Source: Babesia bigemina (lineage: Eukaryota). From it: DNA of 64,000 bases. Within the stretch, counting starts at the first letter, position 1, and every line of letters starts with the position of its first letter. Location of the stretch: contig NC_027216.1 of the NCBI RefSeq assembly GCF_000981445.1, positions 2,232,001 through 2,296,000 of the forward strand, in the 5' to 3' direction. Of this stretch, positions 43,709-54,925 are shown piece by piece. The notes under the pieces were generated by a model. That model was not told the origin of the DNA. It saw only the letters and a list, made by a program, of their open reading frames with translations, and searched no databases. The position numbers and the translations under genes are program-made.

Positions 43709-44389
43709 CACTGTAACACAACTATAATGCGATGCCAAATAAGTCAGTTGTTGTGCCCTACACCCTGCCTAATGTTTGCCAGGAACACGATACTGAAATG
43801 GCCTGGTCGGTCGAACCGGTCGATCCGCCGATCCTCCCGCATATAAAAACTGTCGTGTTGCCAACGCATATAAATTATGTTGTGACTGGTGTACCCGTTC
43901 GACGTGAGCGTTATATTATAGTGACTAATGACGTCACCGAGGCGCAGGGCTGCAAGCATTGGTGTGTGCAGAGACGCGACAAAAGGATTGCGTCCATATA
44001 CCCCGGAAGTAACGCTTTATACCCACCTATACACCTCACCTAACGTACAATATGAGCAGAAGACGGCACTATGAGCCGCTTTTGCACGAGAATAGCACGG
44101 TGTTGCCACGCTGTCTGGTATCATGCAACTACCATGGATTCCGCGGCGGAGCATCGCCGGCCACCCGAGCTTGCATAGCTCTAAATATGCAAAGTATACC
44201 CGGTATACGAAAGGAATCCTGGCACATCTGCAACAATTGCCGACTTCTCGGGCTATCATTGTGCAGTGTGGTGTAGACGTCGCGCATAGCGCCTTAAGGC
44301 AGTAACTTCCCCCGTATGACACCCTTCCATGGGGAAGGACTACATTTAGGAATCCGTTGATGTGACTCGCGCTTAGGCATATAGACGAG

Positions 44390-46432
44390 ATGGACGGATC
44401 AGGGTTACGCAGGGGCGCGCTGCCCGGCCACCTCTACAATGAGCGCACCTTCGACGAGCAGGGCGCCGTGACGGACGACGATGATGACAAGATGTCGATG
44501 TCACGTCCGTTCCTCGGACCGACGGCGCCTGCTAACCGCGGCGCGGCGCCGTACGGTCTCGCCACGCTGATCAGCTCAAGTGGCATGGAGGCGCCTTCTC
44601 CTGAGCACGACAGCGGCAGCCCAGCGAGCTTAGCAAGCAACATCGGCACCACTCTGGCGAGCAAGTGGCACCTGTTCAGGAGCACGATATCCGGGACCAT
44701 CCCGTCAGACACGCCGAAGAGCGACATGGCGACCCACTACGCATCAGACCAATCGTCTTCCAGTCTCTTCGGGCAAGCGGGCGGCCTTGTGAGCTTCAGG
44801 TCACCATCGTCGCTGTTCAGCAGCACGTTGTCATGGTTGTGGCGGTCGTCTATGACGGTGCTGTCTGTGGGCCAGTGGCTGCTGCTGCAGGTGCTCGGTA
44901 TCGCAGTGGGCGTGATTCTGACAGGGCTGATAATCTCCGCCATCAGCGGGCTGCTGATGGGCGGCGATGGCGAGTTCGGTCACGTGACCCCGAAGGAGAG
45001 GCAGGAGCCGAAAAACACGAAGGCTCCGCCCCCGCCGCCGCCTCCATCGAGGCCGCCTGTGATGCTGGAGCGCGTGTACTTCAAGGACATCCTGGGCATC
45101 GACGAGGCTAAGGAAGAGCTCACTGAAGTCGTGAAGTTCATCAAGCACCCTAAGCTGTACCAGGACATCGGAGCCAAGATTCCTAAAGGAGTGCTGCTCG
45201 TGGGCCCGCCTGGCACCGGTAAGACCATGCTGGCCAAGGCCGTGGCCACCGAGGCGAACATCCCGTTCATCTACACGAGCGGTCCTGAATTCGTGGAGAT
45301 CTTCGTCGGCCAGGGCGCGCAGCGTGTCCGCAACCTGTTCGCGAAGGCGCGCAAACAGGCCCCCTGCATAGTTTTCGTGGACGAGATCGACGCCATTGGG
45401 GCTAAGCGCACGTCCGGCGCCATGAGCGGCCAGAACCGCGAGCACGACCAGACTCTGAACCAGCTGCTTGTCGAGATGGACGGGTTCAACATCTCTACCG
45501 GCATCACGGTCCTCGCTGCCACCAACCGCCTTGAGGCCCTCGACCGCGCTCTGTTGCGCCCCGGCAGGTTCGACCGCGTGGTTCACATCCCGCTGCCGTC
45601 GCTGGATGGGCGCGAGGCCATCCTCCGCCGCTACCTATCCGATGTCAAGTACGACAAGGAGGGTGTGGACATCCGCGCTTTGGCGAAGCTCACCCCCGGC
45701 TACTCCGGCGCCGACCTGAAGAACCTCGTGAACGAGGCTGCGCTGATTTGCGTCAGGAACGGCCGCACTCTCGTGGGCACCGAGGACCTCCAAGAAGCGC
45801 GCGACAAGGTTGGCATGGGCGCCAAGCGGCGAACTAGCCAGCCGGAGCTGCAGCGCCGCATGACCGCGTACCACGAGGCCGGTCACGCGCTCGTGGCCTA
45901 CCACCTGTACCCGAATACCGACCCGATCCACAAGGCCACCATCATCCATCGAGGGTCCGCGCTGGGCTTCGTGGAGCAGCTGCCGGAAGGCGAGCGCCAC
46001 AGCTACAAGCTTGCGCAGATGAAGGCCCGGTTGGCGGTGTGCATGGGTGGCCGCATCGCCGAGGAGCTGGTCTTCGGCCGTCAGAATGTGACGTCAGGGG
46101 CATCTAGCGACATCACTGCGGCGTCTGAGCTGGCGTACCGCATGGTCACCGAGTGGGGCATGAGCCCTCGTCTCGGCCCTGTGAACCTCAGGCGCATCGG
46201 TGGCATTCAGACCCCCCACGGAACCCGCAAGCTGTCACACGACACGGCCCAGGTGGTGGAAAAGGAGGTGGAGCGTCTGGTGGAGGAAGCCCACCACGTG
46301 GCGTCGTCGATCATCAGGCGCCACCGTGATCAGCTGGAGCGCATAGCTGAGCGATTGCTGGAGGAGGAGACGCTGACCGGCGAGCAGATCGACAAGCTCA
46401 TACGCGGCAGCGGGACGTCCGCTGCTGCATGA
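44390..46432 (+). CDS. ftsH: ATP-dependent zinc metalloprotease FtsH (single TM)
   Basis: [43 protein letters not shown] and HEAGH. Confidence 0.97.
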   Translation: MDGSGLRRGALPGHLYNERTFDEQGAVTDDDDDKMSMSRPFLGPTAPANRGAAPYGLATLISSSGMEAPSPEHDSGSPASLASNIGTTLASKWHLFRSTISGTIPSDTPKSDMATHYASDQSSSSLFGQAGGLVSFRSPSSLFSSTLSWLWRSSMTVLSVGQWLLLQVLGIAVGVILTGLIISAISGLLMGGDGEFGHVTPKERQEPKNTKAPPPPPPPSRPPVMLERVYFKDILGIDEAKEELTEVVKFIKHPKLYQDIGAKIPKGVLLVGPPGTGKTMLAKAVATEANIPFIYTSGPEFVEIFVGQGAQRVRNLFAKARKQAPCIVFVDEIDAIGAKRTSGAMSGQNREHDQTLNQLLVEMDGFNISTGITVLAATNRLEALDRALLRPGRFDRVVHIPLPSLDGREAILRRYLSDVKYDKEGVDIRALAKLTPGYSGADLKNLVNEAALICVRNGRTLVGTEDLQEARDKVGMGAKRRTSQPELQRRMTAYHEAGHALVAYHLYPNTDPIHKATIIHRGSALGFVEQLPEGERHSYKLAQMKARLAVCMGGRIAEELVFGRQNVTSGASSDITAASELAYRMVTEWGMSPRLGPVNLRRIGGIQTPHGTRKLSHDTAQVVEKEVERLVEEAHHVASSIIRRHRDQLERIAERLLEEETLTGEQIDKLIRGSGTSAAA

Positions 46433-46581
46433 TCGCCCTCACTATTTCACAAGAGGGTGACACGCCTGAGCTACTCAGCCCTCCACATCGCAACCATTGC
46501 CATAAAAACATACTATAATGCGGTTAAAATACTGTATTTGTCTGATTTTTGAAGCACTGACTTGCCATGGTTGTGCAAGTG

Positions 46582-49560
46582 TCAGTTCCAAATGCGTTTG
46601 GAGAGGCTGGCGAACAGTGACTGCGCCTGGTTATCCGACTCTGCGGATCCCCCGCCGCCCAACCGCGAGTTCAGGCGGTTTCGCCACCGCTGCTGGTGCG
46701 GCGATCGCAGGGTCGCCACTACGCTCTCCACGGCGTTGGTGGCCCCCAACGACAGCAGCGCCTCCAGCACCAGGTCGACTGGCTCCTTGCCGTTCTTGAG
46801 CATGACGTACTGCGAGTGCGCGCTCTTGTCCATCGCCATGCGCAGGAGCTCGTTGATGTTCTGCACCTCGTGCGCGGCGGCGAGTTGGCAGCGCCACAGC
46901 TGGTTGAACGGCATCCTGAACTTGGAGGCCAGCGCCTCCGCCTTCTTGGCCATGTCGAGCCGGTACAGCGTGAACACGGTGTGCACGAGGCTCCTGCCTA
47001 CCAACCCCGCTTTAGCAAGCTCGGGAGACGAGCGTTCCAGCGCCGCCTGCGCCGTGAGCAGTTCGCGCTGCTGCGATACACAATCGTTCCACAGCCCAGC
47101 CGTTTCCACCACTCCGGGGCTGCGGTTGTTCTTGGATGCAACTACCGCCCTGAAGAAATCGGAGGAATACTTCAACCACGTGACACAGTCTTCGGACTGC
47201 GTATTCTGCTGGGCAGCGGCGTGCGTAACGAGCTGGTGCATGGCGGACCTGGGTCGGGATTCTGGCGCCTCAGCAGCCCGCGGCTGCAGTATCTCCAGGG
47301 CCCGACGCACGGCGTTCCTGCCGGCGCCCACAATGTCGTCGGTGCGCTCTAGGAACACCTGTAGCACGTCAGAGTCCCCTTCCAGGTTGCACTGCTTGAT
47401 GAAGACATCACGCACGAACGAATTGCTATTTGATATCTCCACTACGCGGTCGAGTTTGGACCCTACTTGCGCCTCGTGTATGAGCTGCGCGGCGTACAAA
47501 GTATCGCACGCCTCCGCCGCAACAGAGGCCGCCTTGTTGAGCTCACCCCAGGAACAGAGCGAGCTGAACTTCCGCAGCGTGCTGCGTTCTCTGTCCAAAA
47601 GGGCAAGCGCCAGTGTCTCGCGCTTCTCCTTCGCAGCGGCCTCGGCGATATCGGCGTACGGCAACACCACGCCCGCGTATCCGTCCAGAAGCTTGGTTAT
47701 GACCTCCACCAGCTCCTCATCGGTCATGTGGTTACCCAGCTTAACGCGCGTATGCACCCAGTGCAGCAGCACGTCCTTCTTGTCAGCGCCCAGGAAGTCG
47801 GCCACCTTGAGCGCCAGGAGGTGGAACCGCAGCGCCGCCAGCATGCCAACAAGCGCGCGTGAGCCGAACGCCAGGAGCTGCGATGGGTTTGTGCAGATTT
47901 CGCTGGGAGCCGCTCGTAACGCCTTCGCTACCCGGATCATAGCGAGCGCCGTTGCATGCCCCTGGACAGGCTGATCTTCCGCTGCACCAACATGGCCTTG
48001 GCGGGCACCTGCGGTTGAATTGGCGGTATCGGCTGCATCCGCCGCCGTTTCGGCAGCCCCAGCAGATGTACCAACACCGGTACTACTTGCACCGCGAATG
48101 CCTCTGGAACTGCTATGGGCGGCATAGTTTTTCTGCGGTCTGCCTTTTTCAGAGTCCACCGATCCATCCATGGAGGCCGCTGCCGACACACTTTCAGCGG
48201 CAGGGCCAGGCGAGACGGCATCATGGTCACGCTCTGCCTGCACCGAGTTCATGGAGCGCCCGAACAGCGCCGCGTCCAGAAGCGTGGATGCGGTGTCGAT
48301 GTCCCAGCAATCCAGGGACGCTGTGACGCACGTGGCAGCGGCGTCCATTACGTCATCTCGTATCAACCGCAGCGACTCGCATGCCTTGACGTCGCCGCTC
48401 TGGAACATCTCGTACGCCCGCAGCAGCACAGAAGCCGGATCTGATGCGTAGGAGGTCAATACGGTCTCGGCCGCCGGTGACACCAGCTTGAAGAACTCAC
48501 CGCTGGAGGCCGTGAATACCCGCAAACCGCCGCCTACATCCGAGCTCACGCACAGAGGCTTGACAGTGAAATTGTTCTTGTCAATACTGCCGCTCGCACC
48601 TTGATCCGCGTCCGCATCGCGATAAAGAAATGTGATGCGGTCACCGCTGACAAGCGCCAATGCGCCCGAGCCTACCACATACAAATCCCCCGATTTACCC
48701 AGCGCCGTCCGCCACAGCTCCTGAACCCGGCCATTCCTATGGCACATCGAAACCACCGTATTGGTGGAGCTGTCGCGGAGTGCGAAATACGTCTCCTCAC
48801 AGCCCGGCGCCACGTGGCTGCAGAACACAACCTCGTCAAAGCCGAGTCCCTCCACATGCGATATCTCCGTGGCGCAGCGCTGAAAGTCTTCGTGATCACG
48901 GCACTTGAGCAGCTCTCGCATGACGACGTGGCACGCGCCGTCCACCCGTGCCACGATGACGACCGACTCCAGCCAGTCTTCGTGCGGCAGGACCCCCAAG
49001 GCGGAGATGCGCAGCGAGTAGTCGCCTAGCGGGAAGTGCACGCAGTTCCGCCCCTCAAATCCGCGCTGAACGTAGAGGCACGCCTTCTCTTTGCTCACGT
49101 AGACTGCGCCGCCACCCCAGGTGCACAGCGTCACCAGCGATGAGTCGATCGTGTAGCTCTGCGCCACCTCCTCCGCGAAGAACAGGTGGAAGTAGTGCAT
49201 GAAGTCGCCGTTGGCGGAGAGCACGCGCACGCATGAGTTGCGGAATATCGCCGCGAGCAGCATGGAATCGGTCCACTGCAGCGCCATTAGCGTGTCCAGC
49301 CGCACCAGCCACGGCACGCATGTCACGAGTGAGCCGGTGCCTCCTCTGAATATGCGCATCTGGCACTTCACGTTCTCCGGCAGCGCGTCCGCCGACTCCA
49401 TGCGGCTGGTGACCACGGCGACCACGCACCCGAGCGGTGCCACCGCCCAGGCGTCGCCCAGACAGCAGCGCCATTGCTCGCCGGTGAGCCTCCACGACTC
49501 GCGCCGCAGTTTTCGCGCACCTAGCGTGTGACAGGTGCTCGGTGGCACGCGCGCCACCAT
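46582..49560 (-). CDS. VPS16: Vacuolar protein sorting 16 (HOPS/CORVET)-like
   Basis: N-terminal AVAPLGCVVAV..MRIF.GG.G.L...W; PASVLLRAYEMF; HLLALKVADFLG..VLLHW; YADIAEAA..RETLALALLDRE; KAEALASKFRMP. Confidence 0.75.
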   Translation of the reverse strand: MVARVPPSTCHTLGARKLRRESWRLTGEQWRCCLGDAWAVAPLGCVVAVVTSRMESADALPENVKCQMRIFRGGTGSLVTCVPWLVRLDTLMALQWTDSMLLAAIFRNSCVRVLSANGDFMHYFHLFFAEEVAQSYTIDSSLVTLCTWGGGAVYVSKEKACLYVQRGFEGRNCVHFPLGDYSLRISALGVLPHEDWLESVVIVARVDGACHVVMRELLKCRDHEDFQRCATEISHVEGLGFDEVVFCSHVAPGCEETYFALRDSSTNTVVSMCHRNGRVQELWRTALGKSGDLYVVGSGALALVSGDRITFLYRDADADQGASGSIDKNNFTVKPLCVSSDVGGGLRVFTASSGEFFKLVSPAAETVLTSYASDPASVLLRAYEMFQSGDVKACESLRLIRDDVMDAAATCVTASLDCWDIDTASTLLDAALFGRSMNSVQAERDHDAVSPGPAAESVSAAASMDGSVDSEKGRPQKNYAAHSSSRGIRGASSTGVGTSAGAAETAADAADTANSTAGARQGHVGAAEDQPVQGHATALAMIRVAKALRAAPSEICTNPSQLLAFGSRALVGMLAALRFHLLALKVADFLGADKKDVLLHWVHTRVKLGNHMTDEELVEVITKLLDGYAGVVLPYADIAEAAAKEKRETLALALLDRERSTLRKFSSLCSWGELNKAASVAAEACDTLYAAQLIHEAQVGSKLDRVVEISNSNSFVRDVFIKQCNLEGDSDVLQVFLERTDDIVGAGRNAVRRALEILQPRAAEAPESRPRSAMHQLVTHAAAQQNTQSEDCVTWLKYSSDFFRAVVASKNNRSPGVVETAGLWNDCVSQQRELLTAQAALERSSPELAKAGLVGRSLVHTVFTLYRLDMAKKAEALASKFRMPFNQLWRCQLAAAHEVQNINELLRMAMDKSAHSQYVMLKNGKEPVDLVLEALLSLGATNAVESVVATLRSPHQQRWRNRLNSRLGGGGSAESDNQAQSLFASLSKRIWN

Positions 49561-50237
49561 CGTTTAGGGTTGAGTGCGGGCTCGCGCTGCTGCTGGCGAC
49601 CTTCGAGTATCGTGTCGTCCTCCGATGCCCCGAGATGCGGCGTAGACAATCCGTGAAACAGCTCTACACCATCCTCCACAATGTGCAGCACCTGCTGTGA
49701 ACGCACATCTGTCGTCCGGCCGTTGGTACCTTCTCCATGTGGAAGGCCCGGTCTCACGTAACTTGCTGTCGTCAAAACTTGAGCGGGCGCAACAACCGTC
49801 GCAAATACAGACGGATTCGTTACGTTACAGCATCGCCAACATTGTAAGTGGCGAAATGTGCTCGATGTGTACGGCAAGATCGGGTGCGGCAAGCTTTACG
49901 CCGGTGTCGTCGGCGCCAGTGGGCCACACCCGGTCGTCGTCGTGGTATCTACAGTTATCAACGGCCGCCCACAAAGACAGCTACAGTGACATCATGTACT
50001 CATAGCAATGCATTCATTGAGAGTTCGCAGCTGTACCGGGCGGCACCGCTGACACTAACAGGGTTTCTAAGGCAGCCTCTTGGTTGCTGGTCACGCAGCA
50101 CATGAGACGACAACACCCAGTTAAACGAGCGCTATACGCCGACATTTAGCATTACTACGCAGTGCCAGCACTTCCGCATGCCGCCAGAGAGCAACGACAC
50201 CGCCCTACGGACCGTCACCTGCTGCAACTGAGTCCGA

Positions 50238-51587
50238 TCAGCGGTGGTCGCGGGTCACGCATGGCAGCGTGGATATGTCCAGCTTGCGTTTGAATTTGTA
50301 CCGCGAGAGGGGGAATGACCTCACGAACTCCGAGTCGCCGAACGTCTTCACGTTCTCCTTCTGCTGGTTCATGCCGCCGGGGTTGCTGCGGCTCCAGAAC
50401 CTGACGACGCGGTCGTCGGAGCACGTGGCGAGCAGGTGCCCCATGGGGTGCCAGTCCATGGCCAGCGTGGCCGTGTCGCGGTCGTCCGTCACATTCACGT
50501 TAATCTCCGCGAGCGGCTCTGAGAAGTCGCTGGAGAAGAAGAAGAGGCGCGACTTGTTGTCGCAGACGGCGAAGACGTTGCGCTGCACCGGGTTCCATCC
50601 GATCGTGGTGGGTATCGTGAGCATCTTCATGGGCGGCGGCATCGGCTGGCCGGCAGCGTTGACGTTTGCGGAAGGCGCCGGCGGCGAGGCAATCTTGTAG
50701 ACCATTAGCTGCTTCATCATCCGCAGGTCCCAGAGCTTCACGAGCCCGTCGACCGCTGCCGTCAAGAACGCGTACCCATCCGGGTTCCACGATATCTTGC
50801 ATATGGGCGCCTTGTGGGCGTGTATGGTGGAGATCTGGGTCCTGGTGGCGGGATCCCAGAGCGAAACCACATTGATCTTGCTGCCAGTTGCGATGAGAGA
50901 TTTCGAGGGGTGCCACTGCATGCATGAGACGCTGGTGGAGTCCACGTGGTCGCCGCTTAGCACGCCCTCCAGGTGACGGCGCTGGACGTCCCAGATGTGC
51001 GGGGAATACGTGTCTGCGCACGCGCCCACCTTAGCTCCGTTGTGGGACATGGATACGTCCAGCACGGGTTTGCCCAGACCCTCGAAAAGCGTGTTGTCGA
51101 GCAGACTGAGGGCGGGGGAGAGTAGCGCCAGCTTGCCGTACTCGTCCCCCGATATGAGAAAGTCGCCGTCGGGGGACCACTCAATCGCAGTGACGCTTCC
51201 TCCGCTGACTGGATAGCGCTTGATGTCGTCGAATTGGAAGGTCAGACCGTTCCACATGATAAGCTTTCCGCCCTGGCTACCGGCCAGCAGCGTCTTGCCA
51301 TTGGGGAACCACTTCAAACTTACGATCGGAAATTTGTTGCGGTTAAATGAGGCGTGCGCGAGGTTGCTGCATACCCCGTTGTAGTGGTTGGAGAAGCTGG
51401 AGTAGCAGAACGCCGGCCGCACGGAGTTGAACTCCAGCGGCGTGTCCCGGTGCCGCGGCACGCGGATACGTTTCTCGTATCGGCCGCGCGTCATCCACGG
51501 CACCAGCGTCGCCGCGTAATCGATAGAGATGCGATCGATGCCCATGCGCTGGGCCAGCGGAATCGAATCGGCCGAGTCGTCACCCAT
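50238..51587 (-). CDS. WD40 pre-mRNA 3'-end processing factor WDR33/Pfs2-like
   Basis: SIDY N-terminus, [51 protein letters not shown] and [27 protein letters not shown]. Confidence 0.88.
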   Translation of the reverse strand: MGDDSADSIPLAQRMGIDRISIDYAATLVPWMTRGRYEKRIRVPRHRDTPLEFNSVRPAFCYSSFSNHYNGVCSNLAHASFNRNKFPIVSLKWFPNGKTLLAGSQGGKLIMWNGLTFQFDDIKRYPVSGGSVTAIEWSPDGDFLISGDEYGKLALLSPALSLLDNTLFEGLGKPVLDVSMSHNGAKVGACADTYSPHIWDVQRRHLEGVLSGDHVDSTSVSCMQWHPSKSLIATGSKINVVSLWDPATRTQISTIHAHKAPICKISWNPDGYAFLTAAVDGLVKLWDLRMMKQLMVYKIASPPAPSANVNAAGQPMPPPMKMLTIPTTIGWNPVQRNVFAVCDNKSRLFFFSSDFSEPLAEINVNVTDDRDTATLAMDWHPMGHLLATCSDDRVVRFWSRSNPGGMNQQKENVKTFGDSEFVRSFPLSRYKFKRKLDISTLPCVTRDHR

Positions 51588-51780
51588 GTCTGGCCGCCGT
51601 TAGTGTACACCCTATGCTCAGTATATAAAGAAAGCGTCAGTTCCCAATTCGGAGTCGCTTCTGGAGCAAGTTAAAACCGTCAAAACCTCAGTACACAACC
51701 AAAAAACAACCGGAAACCCGTATTTGGCTTCGACATACGCTTATAATGCGATTGCTGCGTCACCGACAATATCAATAAAG

Positions 51781-53025
51781 TTAGCGTCTACGCTTAACAC
51801 GACCACGGCAACCGAGATCCTTCAAAAATATGCGGAACGAGGGTCCCATGCTAGAGGAAACATACGCTGCGGATAGTAGCTGCGCGCCTGCGAATTCGGG
51901 CTTGTTTTGGCGCAGGTACTTCACGATCTCCAGAAGGTTCTCCCGGATCTCCTCGCGGGGCATAGTAACGTCGGCGAAATTGCACTTGATGTCGCCCACA
52001 CGGTCAGCGCGAAGTATGAACGTGTTGCGGTGCTCCACCTTCTCCACCGTATCCAATAGGTCGGCAGTGTGCTGTATGCAAGTGCCGACGGTCAAGGAAG
52101 GCATCAACCCCCGTCTTCCGAGCTGCCTACCTATCGTCGCAAGTTTGTGAAAAGTCTCGAGGTCCGATAGGACGAAATCCACATCGGGGTACTGGTCCTG
52201 AGCCTTGAATTGCTCGATGAGGTCCGCTCCACCGACAAAGAGCACCTTGGTCGCGTTCAGCGCACGCACCTGGTCACAGACGGCCGGCTTGGCGAACACG
52301 CCGATGCGGCACCGCTTTGACTTCAGCGACTGGTGCGGTATCGTGATGAGGCGGGCGTAATGCGCCGCCGTGGCACGTATCTTTTTGCGGCTCAGCGGGA
52401 CGTGCAGCGCCACGTCAATTCCTTCCACGAAACGGACGCCGCTTATCAGCTTGATGCGGTCGATGGCGTCGTAGAGCGGGTACTCCACACCGCGTTCGGG
52501 CAGGTACTCGCTTTTCTCGAGCAACCGCTTCGGCAGCTTACGCTTCTTGGGCTGCTCTGCCGGCGACCCGGGGGGTTTCGCAGTCTCCTTATCAGCGGTA
52601 ACCGGTGATGCAGGGGCGACTTCCGGTTTGCTGGCGGTAGCTGCGGCGGCCGGGCGCTTGCTCTTTACGACTTTGTATTGCTTGAGGTAGTCGTCGATGT
52701 CGTCTTGCGATATCCCAAGCTCGAGTGACCGGTCTATAAGCGCCTGTCTTTCCGCCGCAGTGCCGCTTATTACAGTCTTCTTCGACCCCTTAGCACCACC
52801 CTTGTTGCTCGCGTTCGAGCGGAACGATCTGTATCCACACCCGGACGCTGTGCGGAAGCCCGGCTCAAGGTCGCGTTGCCGAGGTTCAGCGCCGCGAGCC
52901 CCAAAGCAGTGTATGAACGACTCGCTTATAGCACGATTCGCAGGAATTCGAGCGTACGTATGGACCCGCAGGCTCTTTACGAGCAGCAGGAAGTAGAGGT
53001 AGGCCCACGTGACGCCGCGGCCCAT
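51781..53025 (-). CDS. Ribosomal protein uL1, apicoplast-targeted
   Basis: Signal peptide from ATG 53025 (MGRGVTWAYLYFLLLV), then RFVEGIDVALH, VGGADLIE, IGRQLGRRGLMPS and YVSSSMGPS. Confidence 0.88.
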   Translation of the reverse strand: MGRGVTWAYLYFLLLVKSLRVHTYARIPANRAISESFIHCFGARGAEPRQRDLEPGFRTASGCGYRSFRSNASNKGGAKGSKKTVISGTAAERQALIDRSLELGISQDDIDDYLKQYKVVKSKRPAAAATASKPEVAPASPVTADKETAKPPGSPAEQPKKRKLPKRLLEKSEYLPERGVEYPLYDAIDRIKLISGVRFVEGIDVALHVPLSRKKIRATAAHYARLITIPHQSLKSKRCRIGVFAKPAVCDQVRALNATKVLFVGGADLIEQFKAQDQYPDVDFVLSDLETFHKLATIGRQLGRRGLMPSLTVGTCIQHTADLLDTVEKVEHRNTFILRADRVGDIKCNFADVTMPREEIRENLLEIVKYLRQNKPEFAGAQLLSAAYVSSSMGPSFRIFLKDLGCRGRVKRRR

Positions 53026-53403
53026 TGTTGAGCCATCTTGGCGCAGTCGATGCAGCAACTGGGCCAGAAATCCGCCGTTCCAATTGCCCACGACGCCGTT
53101 ATCCAGCAAGCTGTCTATGTGGTTGTGCCACGGGCGCGATATGACCTCACATCGTCCTCGTCGTGGGCTGATGTGTAACCACAGGGGGTGGCCACACGCC
53201 AGCCTTCCACACGATGTAAAGCGCGTTTGCGGCACAATTATGCGCCCTAGACAACATTAGGCTGCTGTTATTGCCGTATGGCGAGTGCAAATGCGAATAC
53301 TCTCGGCGCCGACTCGGTCGTGTAAAAAGTCGCCAAAAATTTTGCTACAAGCTTGACGCTGCTGTAGAAGCTGCTCGAGCCGACAACACGCGTGACACAT
53401 GCG

Positions 53404-54142
53404 TCAGTTGTGCTTAAGCTGGACGCGTGTCATCTCGATACCCAGGCGTTCGCAGAGTTGTCTGGGGTGTACGCCCTCGATCTCAGACACTGCTGTGACC
53501 ATGTGGGTGTACAGCCGCTGCAGCCGTCCCAACTCGGCCCTCCGTTTTACCTGCGCGTCCATCATCCGCTGGACTTCGCCGCCGCACGCACGCGCCATCG
53601 CCCTTGGGTCGCCCTCTGCCTTGAGGAGGACGTGCCACTCGTCCAGTGCTGCAGAGACATTAAACTTGAGGCGTGCCGGCGGTGCTTCTCCACCCAACCT
53701 CCGTGCCACGTACCTGCCTTTTGCCGCTCCTGCAGAACCGCCAATTCGTTGCATAGCTGTTGCGTCTCCTGTAGCTTCTTCGTGATCTTCTCGATGGCCG
53801 CGCGCAGCTGTGCCGCATTCTTTTCGAGCGCGGCCTTGGTCGGCTTCCTCACCTTAGCGGCGCCTATTGGCGTCGGTTCCTGCTGGTCGGAGAAGTTGTA
53901 GATGTATATCTGGTTCGAGGGGTACTTCTTGCACCGCAGGTGGCCCTGGGCGACGAGCTCGTCCAGCAGGCGCACCAGATGATCCCTGTCCATTTGCAGC
54001 CCCATCTTCTCTCTAATCTCCAACAGCGCGCACGGCCGCCTCATGTCGCGGAGGTACGACAGCACCACGGTGGTATCCGACGGGACCGGCTTTGCGACAA
54101 CGGCCGGCACGGATGCAACGGGATAAGCTCGCTTCGCGCGCC
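53404..54142 (-). CDS. HOP2: Hop2/TBPIP meiotic recombination factor-like; spliced, start exon uncertain
   Basis: Winged helix VLSYLRDMRRP...RLLDELVAQGHLRCKKYPSNQIY and a coiled coil. A ~29 nt intron joins this to the C-terminus VSEIEGVHPRQLCERLGIE. Confidence 0.7.
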
Positions 54143-54925
54143 CTGCTAATAGTCAGCACTAATCAACACAACATGTGCACAGTGCCGACAGCCAATCCGC
54201 CATCGGGAGCCGCGGTGGTCGGCGCTGATGGGAATAGACGCAGCGACTCTAGGCGCCGTTCCATCCAACGTACCTCGTGTAGGAATCATGGCTGTCTTCA
54301 TACACTGCAGTACAGAATTCTGGCGCACCTGTCAGACGATTCTGCGGAGATTGCTACCCAGTGGCAGCGGCAACAGGCGGGGAGTTGCGAAAATGGGTGA
54401 GAACGACGCATTTTCCCGGCAACTGGAAGGAGCGCAGGGGAGAAAACGACGGCTCGCACATTCCTGCCGACAGAGCAGCGCCGATGCCCGGATGTCGGCA
54501 GTCGGCAGCTCCGCGTTTTCGGAGCCTCCGACTGCGCCGCTGGCGACGTTAGCAGGGGATGCGGCCACACCATCGCGCAATGTGTACCGCGCAAACAGCT
54601 GCACATTGCGCTGTACGTTATCCCACCGGCGCAGATGTCAAATTAATCAACATTTCATTTACACCTTTAATATTTAATAGCTACATTAGCGAGCCGATAC
54701 ACCTCGGCGGCTGCGTCGGCCCTCGCGGTTAAGTTCGTCAGCTCGGTGTAGAACCGAGACCATACGCACTCCCATCGCAACGGCCGTGCTAATTGTAACG
54801 CGTTAATGTGAACTGTGTAACGCTGTGCAACCGGCTGGCCTACACATTCGACCGAAACAAGGGATGGCGCCTGTATGAGAATGTACTCAGCGGAACCAGC
54901 TTGAGAGGACAAACTGTGGGATACA

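Noticed and set aside
46562..47974. 470-aa plus-strand ORF
   Set aside because: Antisense to Vps16, with a composition typical of a shadow frame.
18887..53025. Bacterial-type genes (gyrB, ftsH, L1) as horizontal transfer or contamination
   Set aside because: They carry N-terminal extensions or targeting leaders and sit among intron-containing genes, as expected for endosymbiont-derived nuclear genes.
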